Part shown: one piece after another, positions 39,618 through 51,495 of the stretch
How the letters are laid out: every line of letters begins with the position of its first letter
Position numbering within the stretch: position 1 is the first letter of the stretch
Source: Parasitella parasitica NRRL 2501
Lineage: Eukaryota > Fungi > Mucoromycota
Direction of reading: 5' to 3'
Assembly: GCA_025201805.1 (NCBI GenBank)
Contig: MU619263.1
Span: 195,715 to 259,714, forward strand
DNA length: 64,000 nucleotides
Notes under the pieces: generated by a model
What the model was told of the DNA's origin: nothing
Database searches by the model: none
The model's input: the letters and a program-made list of their open reading frames with translations, nothing else
Position numbers and translations under genes: made by a program

Positions 39618-40633
39618 TTATTTTCTAACAGTTTTTGCTCTTTCAACGAAATAACGAGCTTCTTTGGCCCTATGTATAATGGCGCCGCGCACAGTGCCTC
39701 TTTTAAGCAACTTGCGTCCCTTTTGCACGGGGATATTCCTGCGTCTTTCGTCTCTTCTCTTTTTAAACAACTCTCGTCTATCTCTGATTTCCTCATCACT
39801 AACTCTTGTGGCCGAAGCATATTGTAGGTAGGTGCTGTCGATTAGTTTGTGACAGTCTACCATGCGCTTTGGCATGTTTTGGATCACTTGAAAGACTTCC
39901 AACGGATCGCTTACTGCTAGGATCTCGCCTTCATTTAATTTGAATATGCCCAACGCAATTCGAAACAGGACCTTTTGTCCGTCGCTAAGTAGGGATTAGA
40001 CATGTTGCGCGTAAAACACAAAAGCACAAAAAACTCACTAGAATAAGCAATCCCACACACGAAGTACGCTCTACACACGTTTGCGGTCAGTTATTGGCAG
40101 CGGGGGGGGGGAGGGGAAATTAAAAGCTTACCTCAATTGGCAGAATGTTGATGAATAGTGTCAAAAACCAATGGCTTGTCACCAGAGAGCATGTAGGCAT
40201 ACCCGTTCCTTCCTGTTCTTCGCACTCCCAGAACGATTTTCCTTCGGATATTCTGTTCCACACCTGCGGGTATCTTTCCGAAATCAGAATCATGAGCACA
40301 TTTTGGTCGACATTAGCCCCCTCCATGGTCACATCGTAGGTGTTTGGCGGGAGGATATCATTGACCAGCGTCACAAACGTCCAAAACGTCTCCTCTTCGT
40401 CCATAAACAGCAAAAGCATGCCAGCAATGTAATTCAGCGACTGACAGTAGCCGATGGAGGGTGTGTAGATGGAGAAGGCTAGCAAAACTCTTTTTAATGA
40501 CTTGATGATGGGTATGTTCATTTTCTCTTCCGGCGTTATTGGCGTGCTGCTTTGCAAGTGTGATTCAGGGCGAAATTGGTTGTTTTCCGGAAAGGTGCGA
40601 TGCAAATCTAAATCCATGTCAGCCACAAATACA

Positions 40634-40669
<36 letters not shown>

Positions 40670-41950
40670 ACTACCTCTTTCAATAATGTCAAGATTTTCA
40701 TTCTGACTTCCCATCGCCTCTGCGCGTTCCACCAGATCATAAAACACGCCTTTGTTTGCATCCATTTTTGATTTCGCCCCACTGTAATGCAACCAAGCCT
40801 GCAAGGCGATGGTTATTAACATGCAGTTTTTTTTTTTTTTTTTTTTTGTATATTTTGCAAACTATCACTTGCCTGTCCTCTTAATTCCGGTGGAATGCCT
40901 TTTCGGATATAGCGCTTAACTTGAGGGGCAAGGGCGGGTTTGCAATAAGTATACGCAGCCATTTCACTGTTTTATCTGTTTTTTTCCTTACTTTTACTAC
41001 TTCTTGCTGGCCATTGATCATGATTCTCTGTCAATAGCTGTCGCCATTTCAATAATCGCCGTTTCATGATTGGCGCATAGGAGTGGTCAAATGCATCAAA
41101 AGCATCCTCAGATATCCATTGAGTGCTCTTCAGGAACCCGTATTGATCTCTAGAATAGCACATACACATCCGCATTTTAGTAGCAGACCTATACGGGACC
41201 TTGTTTTTCCTGTTACCTTTGCTCTGTCTGCTTTTGCGGAGGAGGGTAAATGGCATTGGAGCCGTCGTCATACAGCTGCTTGCTACTGTTTGTCGTAGTC
41301 GTACTACTGCTTCTGCTGCCAAGGATAGTGCCAAAAACCCCTTTATCCAATCCGCCATTCCCTGCCGCCCCTTTCCTAATGCTTTTGCGTGAAATAACTA
41401 GTTTTTCCTTGAATGAATTTGCAAGGGATCTATTGTGGTCCTCTGCAGAAATCGGAGACGGTGAATCTATAAGTGATACATGCCACAATATGAGGATTCC
41501 TGTGTAATCTCGAAATTAATAAAAAAATAAAAATAAAAAAAGCTTACCAAGGTGTGATTTGCTTGCTTGCATTTCATGAGTGGAAATGGCAGCTGCAGAC
41601 TCTCGATCGTTTGAGGAATTGGCATCATCATCATCATCGTCATTCTCTTCAGATGCTGATTCGTCGATGGAGGAGGCTCCACCAGTGGGGTGCTGCTGAC
41701 TGACCTGTAGAAAGTTGCTGTCAGAAGCCTTTGCTTTGGGACGCTGTTGTTGTCGTTGTTTTTGTCGGCTTCTGCGCTGATGGGAATCAAAGCTTGGTCT
41801 TCTTGCTGAGTTGGAAGCAGTGGTATTGAACGGGGAATCGGATTGTTGGCGTCGGATGGCTGGATAGTTGAACGATGAAGCACGGGTGCGAGTGTATTTC
41901 TTGAGGTTGTGCTCGTCCACTGTAGCAGGTGGCCGAGATGGAAAAGACAT
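39618..41950 (-). CDS. TBC-domain Rab GTPase-activating protein (Msb3/Gyp3/GRTP1-like), about 8 exons
   Basis: RDQYGF; KRYIRKGIPPELRGQAW; IERDLHRTFP (Arg finger); GYCQSLNYIAG (Gln finger); WFLTLF; LRVWDCLFYDG. Confidence 0.92.
40637..40667. repeat. (TG)n microsatellite inside a TBC gene intron
   Basis: About 15 tandem tg units. Confidence 0.9.
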
Positions 41951-43188
41951 TTCTTGTAGCAGCAATCAAGGAGAGCGACAGAAACAAGTAAAAGAGGGAG
42001 GGTATACAATGTTAGGGAGATTGGCAACACTAGTGATTACAAGAAGAAGAAGAGAAGAAAGGTGTCTTCAGTGACGGTTCCCTCTTTTTCTACCATTCTA
42101 TCCGTTAAAGCGTTGTACATGATAATCCTGTGTGCATGGCGAATGTACAAATCAAGCAAACACATGGAAGGTGATCAAAGTAGTACAGACCATGTTGGTG
42201 TTATATTAGCTCGGCAATTCAAGATTGATTATACTCTGTACGAACAGATTCTGGCAGCAGCGATGTTTAACAACTGTTGGTGTTTCTCACTCTTGCATGC
42301 CTATTCTAGCGTGCTCCTGGTTGTCTGTCTTTGTGCGCTTGCTAACGATATACATATTGTAGATGACAAATCGAGAAATCAAAACGAGACAACTGTCTGG
42401 TTTTTACATGTCCAGTTTCCTCTTTTATACAAGAATATGTTTCCAAACTTGACGATAAAGACATTGGCTTGTGCTATATTACTTGTTGGCAAATTCAGCA
42501 CAGCCAATACACATACACATACACATGTTGTATCAATTTACACATCATTAGACCACATGGAAGGCGACGTAATGAAACTGATCGACATTAAATAAGGAGC
42601 TAATATATACAAACTGGCGCAAGATAGCAAGCGACTATCACATTTTTGTTCTTGAGCAGTTTTACATGATGATGATGTGAAAAATACAACCTTGGTGTGT
42701 TTCAAATGTTGTCAAGCATCCACTCTGTGCATTATTTGCGCAAACGTGCAATTGCATAGTCAAATCCTATACTCTGTCTGGGTATGTGCATCCGCTTGCA
42801 TCATACGCAAATTACGATTATTAAATATCTTTGACTTATGAAACGCAACGACTGTTACCTGGTGAGCAAAGCTTTGGATTTTCATGTAAGATGCGATTTT
42901 TGTGCAAACTGTTAATTCTATACAAAGACAAACGAAGCGTCTTTTACATCATTTGCAGCTGTCATTTATGCTAGAAGCTTTTCCTCTAGCCATAAAATGT
43001 GTCGCTGACTGCAAACGTGTAACAAAGCTTGGCACGTGAAATGCCTTTTGGTTAGAGCTCGCAATCACATCCCACGCTTTGGAATTACCCAGAAGTTCCA
43101 AGACACCCCCCCCCTTTTTTTTTGTCCTTTTGTTTTCCTCTTCTCTATCTTGTTTCGAGTGAAGGAACAGTGAATAATAAAAGAGAAA

Positions 43189-45204
43189 ATGCACAGGATG
43201 TTCAAAAAAGGCCTTTTTCTCCAAAAACACTTTTTTTCTACTGTTCAAATCATCCGTCGAAAGCATTTTAACATAGAGACAGCAGCAACAACAACGCCAC
43301 TACCGAAAGGTACAGTGCTCTCCATGTCCTTGAATCATTGTCTTTTGTTAACAGAAAACACACAACAGTGTTTAATACCAACAGTGATAGACAATCGGAA
43401 AAGACTTGCAATCGACTGTTTGTGCAGGAGCTGCTCCAAAGAATCACTGAAGATACCAACAGCTTGCCACCGCCATTATTTACGGAAAAATGCTGCAAAT
43501 TTTACAAGCAACTGGATAGAGTATGTTGACATTCAAGGTAAAGGTTCCAACTGATAATTAAGTGCGCATTTACATAGGCGGGTAAACTAGAGTTTTTTGA
43601 TGTGCTGTCAAAGGAATTCGGTAGGTCATTTGCAAAGCAGTAACCATGACACTCATATCAATTGACGAACCACCCCCACCCCCTCCCCGCATTGAACCAA
43701 GATGTCGACCGAGAAAATGCAGTGAAAAAGGCAAAAGAGTATCTCGTCGCAGGAAGGGACAGGAGCGACACTTTTCAAGTAATTGGATCAATACCACCCC
43801 CCCCCCCACAAGTCGCATCAAACTCATGCTAAAGGCGATTTTATGCTTGTGTAGGTTGAGAAGAGCTTGCAGCATATTTTGGAGCCCAGGTACAATGTTT
43901 TCCTGGATAGAGTGCATCAACTTCCGAATGGGCTCAAATGTTTGGCGGACATGAGAGCAGATTTACTTGTAAGCACCCATTAAGACGTACGGGGGAGAGT
44001 GGGTACTAAAAAACAACAACAACAACAACACACGGCAGGATATGATGGGCTCAAGAGGAAGCCCTGCATACAACAAATTCTCTAGCCTGGAGCAAAATAT
44101 TCGGCTAAAGTTGAAGAGATATGTCATTGGATTCTTAAAGTTGGAACGGATCACTTGGGAACAGAGCTCAGCATCACTGCTTGAAAAGGTACATTGTGTG
44201 AATTCAAAATGCTTTTTCTTGCAACTCTAAAAAAACGAGCAAAACATACACCCCCTCCCAAAAAAAAAGATTTGCCTTTATGAAGCAGTGCATCAAGTGC
44301 GAGATTGGAAGGACATCAAAAGACGCTTAGGACTTGATCGTCGAGTGTATGCATTCTTTGAAAACAACACGCCCGACGAGCCGCTAGTATTTGTGCATGT
44401 TGCTCTTTTGCCCACTATGGCAAACTCTGTCCAGGCCATTCTAAATGCACCCTGTCCAGCAGAGAGTGATTTGGATGCATCCGAGTTCAAATATGCCATT
44501 TGCTATTCCATCACAACACAGCATGGACTGGGCGGCATCAATCTAGGCAATTATTTGATCAAACAAGCATTAGATGATTTGCAAAGAGAGTTCCCCTTGC
44601 TAAAGGTATTTGCTACACTCAGTCCCATGCCGGGATATAGACAATGGCTGTGGGACCACATAGACAGCGACAATACCGTACAAGCAGAGTTTGATCATGT
44701 GCAAGACTGGAAGCATGTTGGTATAGGCTTTCTCGCATAATCTACGTAGAATTCACCCTTTTGTTTGCAGAAATTGAATAGGTTCAGCAGGGAAGATCAG
44801 GAAGAATTGAAAGCTCCATTGATGCGATTGTGCTCCAGATACATTTTATCTGAAAAGCAAGCAAGTAACAATGCCCTTGATCCTGTTGGTAAGTCTCTGC
44901 TGGAATAGCGTTTTGGTAGAGTCTTTTTTGTAACCTGTTAAAAAAAACACATTACATTATAGCTAATTTTCATTTGCGAAATGGCGCATGTGCTCATCAA
45001 ATTCATTGGCAAGCAGACACATCCGAGAAGGGCATTCGAGATTCGTTTGGGATCATGATAAACTACAACTATATCACAGACAGACTAGAAAGTAATCATC
45101 GACTATACCAGAAGAATGGCACAATATCTGTCAGCAGTGAGCCAGCAGGCGACAAACAAGAAACAAGCTGGCTCTCCCAGTGGGTCACTGAAAAGCAGCG
45201 ATAA
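43189..45204 (+). CDS. MLYCD: Malonyl-CoA decarboxylase with putative mitochondrial presequence (about 9 exons)
   Basis: LERITW..ASLLEKICLYEAVH.VRDWKDIKRRLGLDRRVYAFF..EPLVFVHVAL; YSITTQHGLGGINLGNYLIK; TLSPMPG; LDPVANFHLRNGA; SFGIMINY. Confidence 0.94.
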
Positions 45205-45260
45205 CAATAAAACGAAAACGATTATTTTAATGTGTAACATGTTGTAGTGGTATAACTTTT

Positions 45261-46112
45261 TCAAAACCAATAGTAGCGAAGAGCAAGTACTAACAAAACA
45301 ACGAGTGCAATGGCGACAGGAGGCCCATATTTACGGTACAATGCCTGCAAATTTAAATGGCGGGCTTTGTCCTTGAACATCTTTGCACTGTCCTTCAGCT
45401 CCCCCGAAATGGTGCTCATACGATCCAAACTATCTCCACGCCACAGCAAATCTTCCATATTTTTGGTCATGATGCGAGTAACATCTTGCAAATCCTCGTT
45501 CAGCTTGGTCAAGTTGCTCTGAGTTCGGGTATCTTGGTAGATTCTCTTTGTCTTTTGCATAAAAGTATCTGTTATCACCGAAAAAAAAAAAGAGTTTAAA
45601 CCGGCCCCTTTCTCTTGTCAAGCTTGTTAAAATTTATCGCTTACCAAATTTAACAAATGCATAAGGCCTCAATCCGGGTTTATCGACTTCATTCCCGTAG
45701 CTCATGTTAAACTCCTTGGCCAACTCCTCCAAATAACTGAACGCAAGCTTGCGAGGATAGGATTGGTCGCAAATGCAGAGATAGCAAACGCTGCCTTCAA
45801 TGATATAACTAGAGCTGAATCAACTGTATGCATCTTTGCAATCAAGAAGCTGCACACTTACTGAAACACATATTTCCCTGACTCGATAGAACAGCGAGGT
45901 TCAGAGTTGGGACTTAGGCGCTTGAAAATAGTCTTTGCTTGTCCTTTATATTCAGCCAACTCTGTTTCGACCTACAACATGTTAACGCCAAAGATTCCAT
46001 TTGGCAGTTTTGTTGATAGCTTTTTTTTCTTTTTTTTTACCTGTTCATCATCCATACTAGCAGCCAAAGGAAGGCCATCCGAGATTCTGGCAATAATAGT
46101 AGTCTTTACCAT
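45261..46112 (-). CDS. SEC22: ER-Golgi R-SNARE Sec22 (4 exons)
   Basis: MVKTTIIARISDGLPLAASMDD; YPRKLAFSYLEEL; RPYAFVKFDTFMQK; NLTKLNEDLQDVTRIMTKNMEDLLWRGDSL; C-terminal TM. Confidence 0.97.
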
Positions 46113-46198
46113 TTTTTAATGAGTAACTGAAAAGAAGAAAGAGAGAGAGAGATGGAACAAGTGTTGTGAAACTGAATGAATGCGTCCATAATCTTTTG

Positions 46199-46207
46199 TG
46201 ACGTGGC
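46199..46207. promoter_or_regulatory. UPRE/XBP1-Hac1-like element TGACGTGGC about 87 bp upstream of SEC22
   Basis: Exact TGACGTGG consensus in the proximal promoter. Confidence 0.4.
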
Positions 46208-46521
46208 GTGCTGCTACTGTATCAGTACCGTACAGGATTTTAGTCTTGATTGGAACTCTTTTTTTCTCTTTTTTTCTTGAAAATAGATATTGGGATGAAT
46301 CAAGTTGCTGTCGTTATACCACCGCGACACTTGTGCTAAAATGACCGTAGAGCCGAGATCTTATCTGGCCTCAAGATGCCTTCGAGGGTAATCCGTCCCC
46401 TCCGAGGCCGCTTTATATATGAGTAGATACTAATCATATGTAGAGCACATATGAGCTTAACAAAAGGCACATGCTCATCTTCAAGCGATCACGTTTTTCC
46501 CTTTTTCTTATCTTAAACAAA

Positions 46522-47237
46522 ATGAAATCAAGAAAATTCTGCAAATCTTGCCGAATACCAACTCGGCAGTTATGTGTGAAAAGTAGCTCTTTTGAAAACG
46601 TTGATACCAGTGATTTACAAAAGAGGTTTCAACTTTGGAACGGGGTAATTCATGTGTGCAAAAAAAAAAAAAAGAGCAAAAGTAAGTTAAGACAGCTTCC
46701 CATTTCAATGATTATTGCTAACAGTCCATTATTTTAGCTGTGCATATGTACACTTCGAAACTGATGATCTGTCCTCTGTTCGCTACCATAGCCGTAGTAG
46801 TGCAACGCTAAACGGTGAAAATGTTTTGATTCTACCTGTTATCAAAAACAATGAAGTAGCGAAATATGCACAACCTCCCATCTCCTTCCGCACCATCAAC
46901 TTCGGCTTTCGAGCTTCAAGAGCAATCTCAGCAACAATCTCAACGACCTCAACAATCTCAGCAACAACCTCAGCAACCTCAACAACCTCAAAAATCTCTG
47001 CGACAATCTCAACACAATCCCTTCAATACCATGATGAAGAGAAATCTTGTTGAGGTTGATGACCTGATGGATGGTGTATTAACATTTGTCACCGATTATC
47101 TACAATCAAAGCAGTTGATTCAGCTAACAACAAAAAGAATTTTGCAAGATTTACAGCTTCAGACCTTAGTCGTAATACATAAAGTTTACCAAATTTATTT
47201 TGAAGTCGTTCCATTAAAAAAAAACCATATCAACTAA
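46522..47237 (+). pseudogene. RRM-like protein with a Q/P repeat; frame-disrupted (pseudogene or sequence error)
   Basis: RNP1-like CAYVHF after a GT-AG intron (46682-46737), but out of phase by one base across a 14-A run. The Q/P-rich repeat lies in a different frame again. TATA at about 46414. Confidence 0.35.
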
Positions 47238-47578
47238 AACTAAAATCCTGTACATTGCAAAGGTTAATCCCCCCCCCAAATGTGGTACATGACTGACAAT
47301 ATTTCATTGAATAAGCTTGTTTCTTTCCTCCTACCTTTGTTCAGACTTAGGTACCGCTTTCTTTGATATTCGTAATGGTATAACAGAAGTAGTAGTAGTA
47401 GCTGTAGAGATGTATACTTTTATTTTTAAAAACGTAAATGTAAAACATAGCAACCGAAGCAACCATTTGCTGATCTGACATTTTTACATTTGACAAGATG
47501 GGTCACTCTCCCTATATTCTATAGATTTATTTTTATGCTGCGTGTGGTGAATTTTGGATGTCTGCGCTGTTCCATCAA

Positions 47579-48090
47579 CTATTGACTAACCAAACAAGTG
47601 AGGGCAGCAACAACATCGTTCTTGTTGCTTCTCAAAGCCGACTCGGCTTCTGCTTTAGTAATTTGCATTTCTTTAATCTACAAGCGTTGTGGGGGGAGGG
47701 GGGTTGCTCAGTCTTCGGTTTCTTTAATTTAACTTGTTCTTTTTCTTACCAAAAGATCAACGTCAGCTTTACTGACAGGCTCTGACGAAGGTGTTTTGCT
47801 ATTACAATCAAACAAATTCTCATTATGACGTGATTTAACGATTCATCACCTACAAAGAGACTTACTGTATAGCCTTTTTATGCTCGTTGGCTAATTCTTG
47901 TATTTCCACCAAAGCCTATGTGTACATGTGTTGCGTCAGAATTTGTTTGGCTCATCATGAGTATTGCAGTATGTACCTTGGTGAGTTTTTCACTGTCGTT
48001 CATCTTTTTAGCGCCGCCATGAGAGTGGGAATGAGAATGAGAACCATGGCTATGGTTGCAGTTGGAATGGTCGTGATGATCGTGAGCCAT
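47579..48090 (-). CDS. HYPK: HYPK-like protein (C-terminal UBA) with His-rich N-terminus; 4 exons, 103 aa
   Basis: Exons 48090-47977, 47915-47866, 47798-47750 and 47677-47579 splice in frame to ...VSKADVDLLIKEMQITKAEAESALRSNKNDVVAALTCLVSQ*, the HYPK/NAC-type UBA pattern. Confidence 0.82.
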
Positions 48091-48459
48091 GTTTTTTGTA
48101 TTATGGGAAAAACGTGTAGAGACAATTATTGCTCTATTCAAGTCACGTAAGTCGGTGGGCTTTGAAAGAAGTGCATACGGTAGTAGTAGATTGACAGACC
48201 CAAACGCATGATCTCCCACCATCAATCACTACTAAGACTGGGCTATTTTAAAAAAGCTTTCAATGCTCTATTATGAGAATTTTGCATTGCTGTGAAAAGT
48301 ATAGCAAACAATCACGCTCATTCGATAGGCTTATTCTGTATCAACAGTTGTTGGATACAAACATTGCATATGTTCCTTAGTCTAACACTTTTTTACTGTG
48401 ACAATGCACTCGATATTCACACGTTACGATGATTTACGCATATACTCTTTATTATGATA

Positions 48460-50009
48460 TTAAGCAGCATTGACCTCTTGCTCATTCTCTCTCTTCTTGA
48501 GGACCAAAGGTTCACCAGTGATGCGCTTCCACATGTCATGAACATCATCACAGACGGTCTCAAAGTGAGAGGTGGCGTCATACGAACGCGAGACGAAGAC
48601 CTGGTCTTTCTTGCCATCCTCAATAGGGGCCTGTAGGGGAGAGACATAGATAAATCTGCTCAGGAAGCACGTCAGTGAATTAGTGTCAATGAAACTGTGA
48701 GAACCACTTACTTGTCTACGATAGGACCCAAAAGCTTCAAGCCAGCGTCGACCTCGCTTTCTGGATTGGGAGTTTCGACAATGGTGGAAACAATAGCCAG
48801 ATAATAATCCTTGTGGCAAACTTGATGGGCCCCACTTACACAAGCAACGTAGATGTCATGCTTACGATTAACTTGCTGTTGGGGAAGCACAATTTGACAA
48901 GAGTCGCTGTCATTCGTGTCAGGGATAGGATGCTTCAAAATACAAATAGCACGAACAACGGAGCCAATGGTCTTGACTTTCTCAGGAACATAGGAAGGGT
49001 CGCAAATAACCATCTTGGCATTGGCGACCTCGCCATCCGCTTTGACGCCAGTGACTTGGCCTTGCTCGTTATACACCAATTCCTCTACCTTTTTATTCAG
49101 CATATAGGTGCCACCATACACAGCAGAAAGTCTAGGTCATGTAAGTTTACTGCCACAAATGCGAATTGTCAAAAAATTACCTAGCAAAAGCTTGGGGAAG
49201 ATCACCAAGGCCGTACATGGGATAGAGATAGGGAGATTTACCGTATCGAAGTACAGAGGCAGCGTATAATCTAACCTTTTCTACAGTATCACGAGCAGGC
49301 TCAGTAAGATAGGTATCGTCCAAGTGAAGAGCCATAGCATGGCCAATAAATTCTTGAGTGGGTGCAGCCAAACCAAACTTTTTAAAGACTTCAGCGACAG
49401 TATTTTTATCGAGATCGAGGTCTTGGTGAGTAGAGGGATCACTGTCCTTGAACTGCTCTGCCCATTCCAAAAAGCTCTTCATACGACGCTTTTCAAAGAT
49501 GCCCATTAACGAGGAGGAAAGGGCCTCTTTTGCGGTTGCAGGCACCTTGCGAACTTTTTGACTACTATAAACATAGGAGCCTGCGATTTGCTTGAACTCA
49601 AGGTAGCGAGTAACGTCAGTGTGGGTCAAAAAACGAACGATTTCGCCATTAGCCATCATGAACTTGGGGATCAAATCAATGTTCCAGTCGCGATCTTTGC
49701 CCCATTCCTCGGGAGCCTTCTCTCCATGTCTATACTTGTCGAAAAACTAACACAGGGAACAGGTTAGACGACCTACACGACAGCGGAAAAAGCGCAGCTT
49801 ACCTGAGTTAGGTTCAAGGAGGCAGACTCGGCGCCGTAATAATCATTGCGATCCATGTGGAGAACCTTCTTACCATCGACCGAGAGAAGACCAGATAAGA
49901 TGCATTCGGTCAAGCCGGTGCCCAAAACAATAACGTCGTAGTCAGTGTCCTGCGGTTTGGTTTCTCCAATGTTAATATTGATACAACCAGCTCAGCAGTT
50001 ACTTGCCAT
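48460..50009 (-). CDS. GDI1: Rab GDP-dissociation inhibitor (5 exons; ATG-only first exon with GC donor)
   Basis: [40 protein letters not shown]; [10 protein letters not shown]; [30 protein letters not shown]; [10 protein letters not shown]. Confidence 0.97.
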
Positions 50010-50538
50010 TTTTACAAATTTCAGTGAATAACAAAAAGAAAAAAAAAAAGAGGAGAGAGAGAGAGAGAAGCGCACAAAAGGAAAGGGATGCAAATTGCTC
50101 CATGACGTGTTTCAACTGCCCCTTTGGCCAATGATGAGTTGTGCGCCTCTGTCTGCAAATCACAGGCAATTGGGAGCATAGAGAAAACACAGGCTAAAAG
50201 TGATTGCATGAATTTCGCCTCTTATTTTTACACATGATCTGATCAGAAGAAGAAAACAAAGAGATTAATTGACAAACAAGCCTAAATTTTGCTGTGAGTT
50301 GACCATAGCGCAATGCTGTAGGAACAATGTTGCTTTACTTCAATACCTCGTCTCTATTCCCCCCCCCCCTCTCTCTCTCTCTCTCTTCTCCTTCTGATGG
50401 CATGTCTCGCGGTGTTTCATTAATTGACTAGTTGACAGCATCGTAGGTATATAAACCCTTGGGTGGAAAATAACCGCCAAGCTTGTTTCTCTTTTTCTCT
50501 TTTTCCTTTTTTTTTTTTTTTACACATACTTGATTCCA

Positions 50539-51495
50539 ATGGGTACTCCAGCACCACCACCAAAAGAGAACTATGTCCGGGTTGTGTCGTTTGACGCAAT
50601 GACAGATAAAGATCAGCCCAACTACTCGTTCACCTTAAGAGCAAAATCGCAATCATACAAACGCACAAGACGCTCAAGAACATTCATGGTGGCAACTGAT
50701 CTGGCAAATTACAGCGAATACGCTCTCACCTGGGCAACCGATGTAAGTACCAAGTGTGTCATGGCTTTGCGTGCTCGCCAATTTACGCTGTGCTGCTAGG
50801 AAATCATGGACGACGGAGATGAATTGATTGTTTTACGAGTGGTTACTGTAGACATGAATGGCAAGTACATTGTTGCTCGTTTGAGACATTAAAAAGACTA
50901 ACCTAGTGGGGGGGTGGATGGTGGAAAATAAAAATAGACAAAAAGGCGAATCTTACAAGCCTGTTGGAATACGAAGCTACTCAATCCAGAGAAAAGGCTA
51001 ATCAAGTAATGAAGAGGATATTGAAAACGAGTGGAGAGGAAAAAGCAGTAAGTTCTTCTTCACATCCAAACAACTGCATTGGCTTGACTAACAGCCCTCG
51101 AGATAAGCGTAGTGATTGAGTTTGTCATTGGTAAAGTGCAGGAAACGATTCAACACATGATTGCAATGTACCAGCCATCCCTCTTGATTGTGGGCTCAAG
51201 AGGGCTTTCTGAATTCAAGGGTATGCTTCTCAATAGCGTGTCTAAATACTGCCTTCAGCATTCGCCTATTCCAGTGGCTGTCGTTAGACCAGAAGATAAG
51301 CTCAAAAAGTCAAAGAAGCTGAGTGGACTAATGCGCGTCAGCAGCGCAGGAAGCGCGGCAGGTAACACAAGCGAGGATGACAACGCTACGACCGAGGACG
51401 AATGCACTGAAAAAAAGTTCAATCGACTTGGTTTGACTGGAGGCTGGAAAAAACCTAAAAGTCGCTCCGGATCAGTGTCCCCCAAATCACCCTAA
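50539..51495 (+). CDS. Universal stress protein (USP) domain protein (4 exons)
   Basis: VVSFD..YSFTLRAKS..YKRTRRSRTFMVATDLANYSEYALTW; DGDELIVLRV; LIVGSRGL..GMLLNSVSKYCLQHSPIPVAVVRP. Confidence 0.9.

Noticed and set aside
42062-42595. 177-aa + ORF and a 14-bp near-direct repeat CACATGGAAGGYGA (42161, 42554)
   Set aside because: GTG start, unprotein-like composition, located in the TBC/MCD divergent promoter. The repeat is too short to imply an element.
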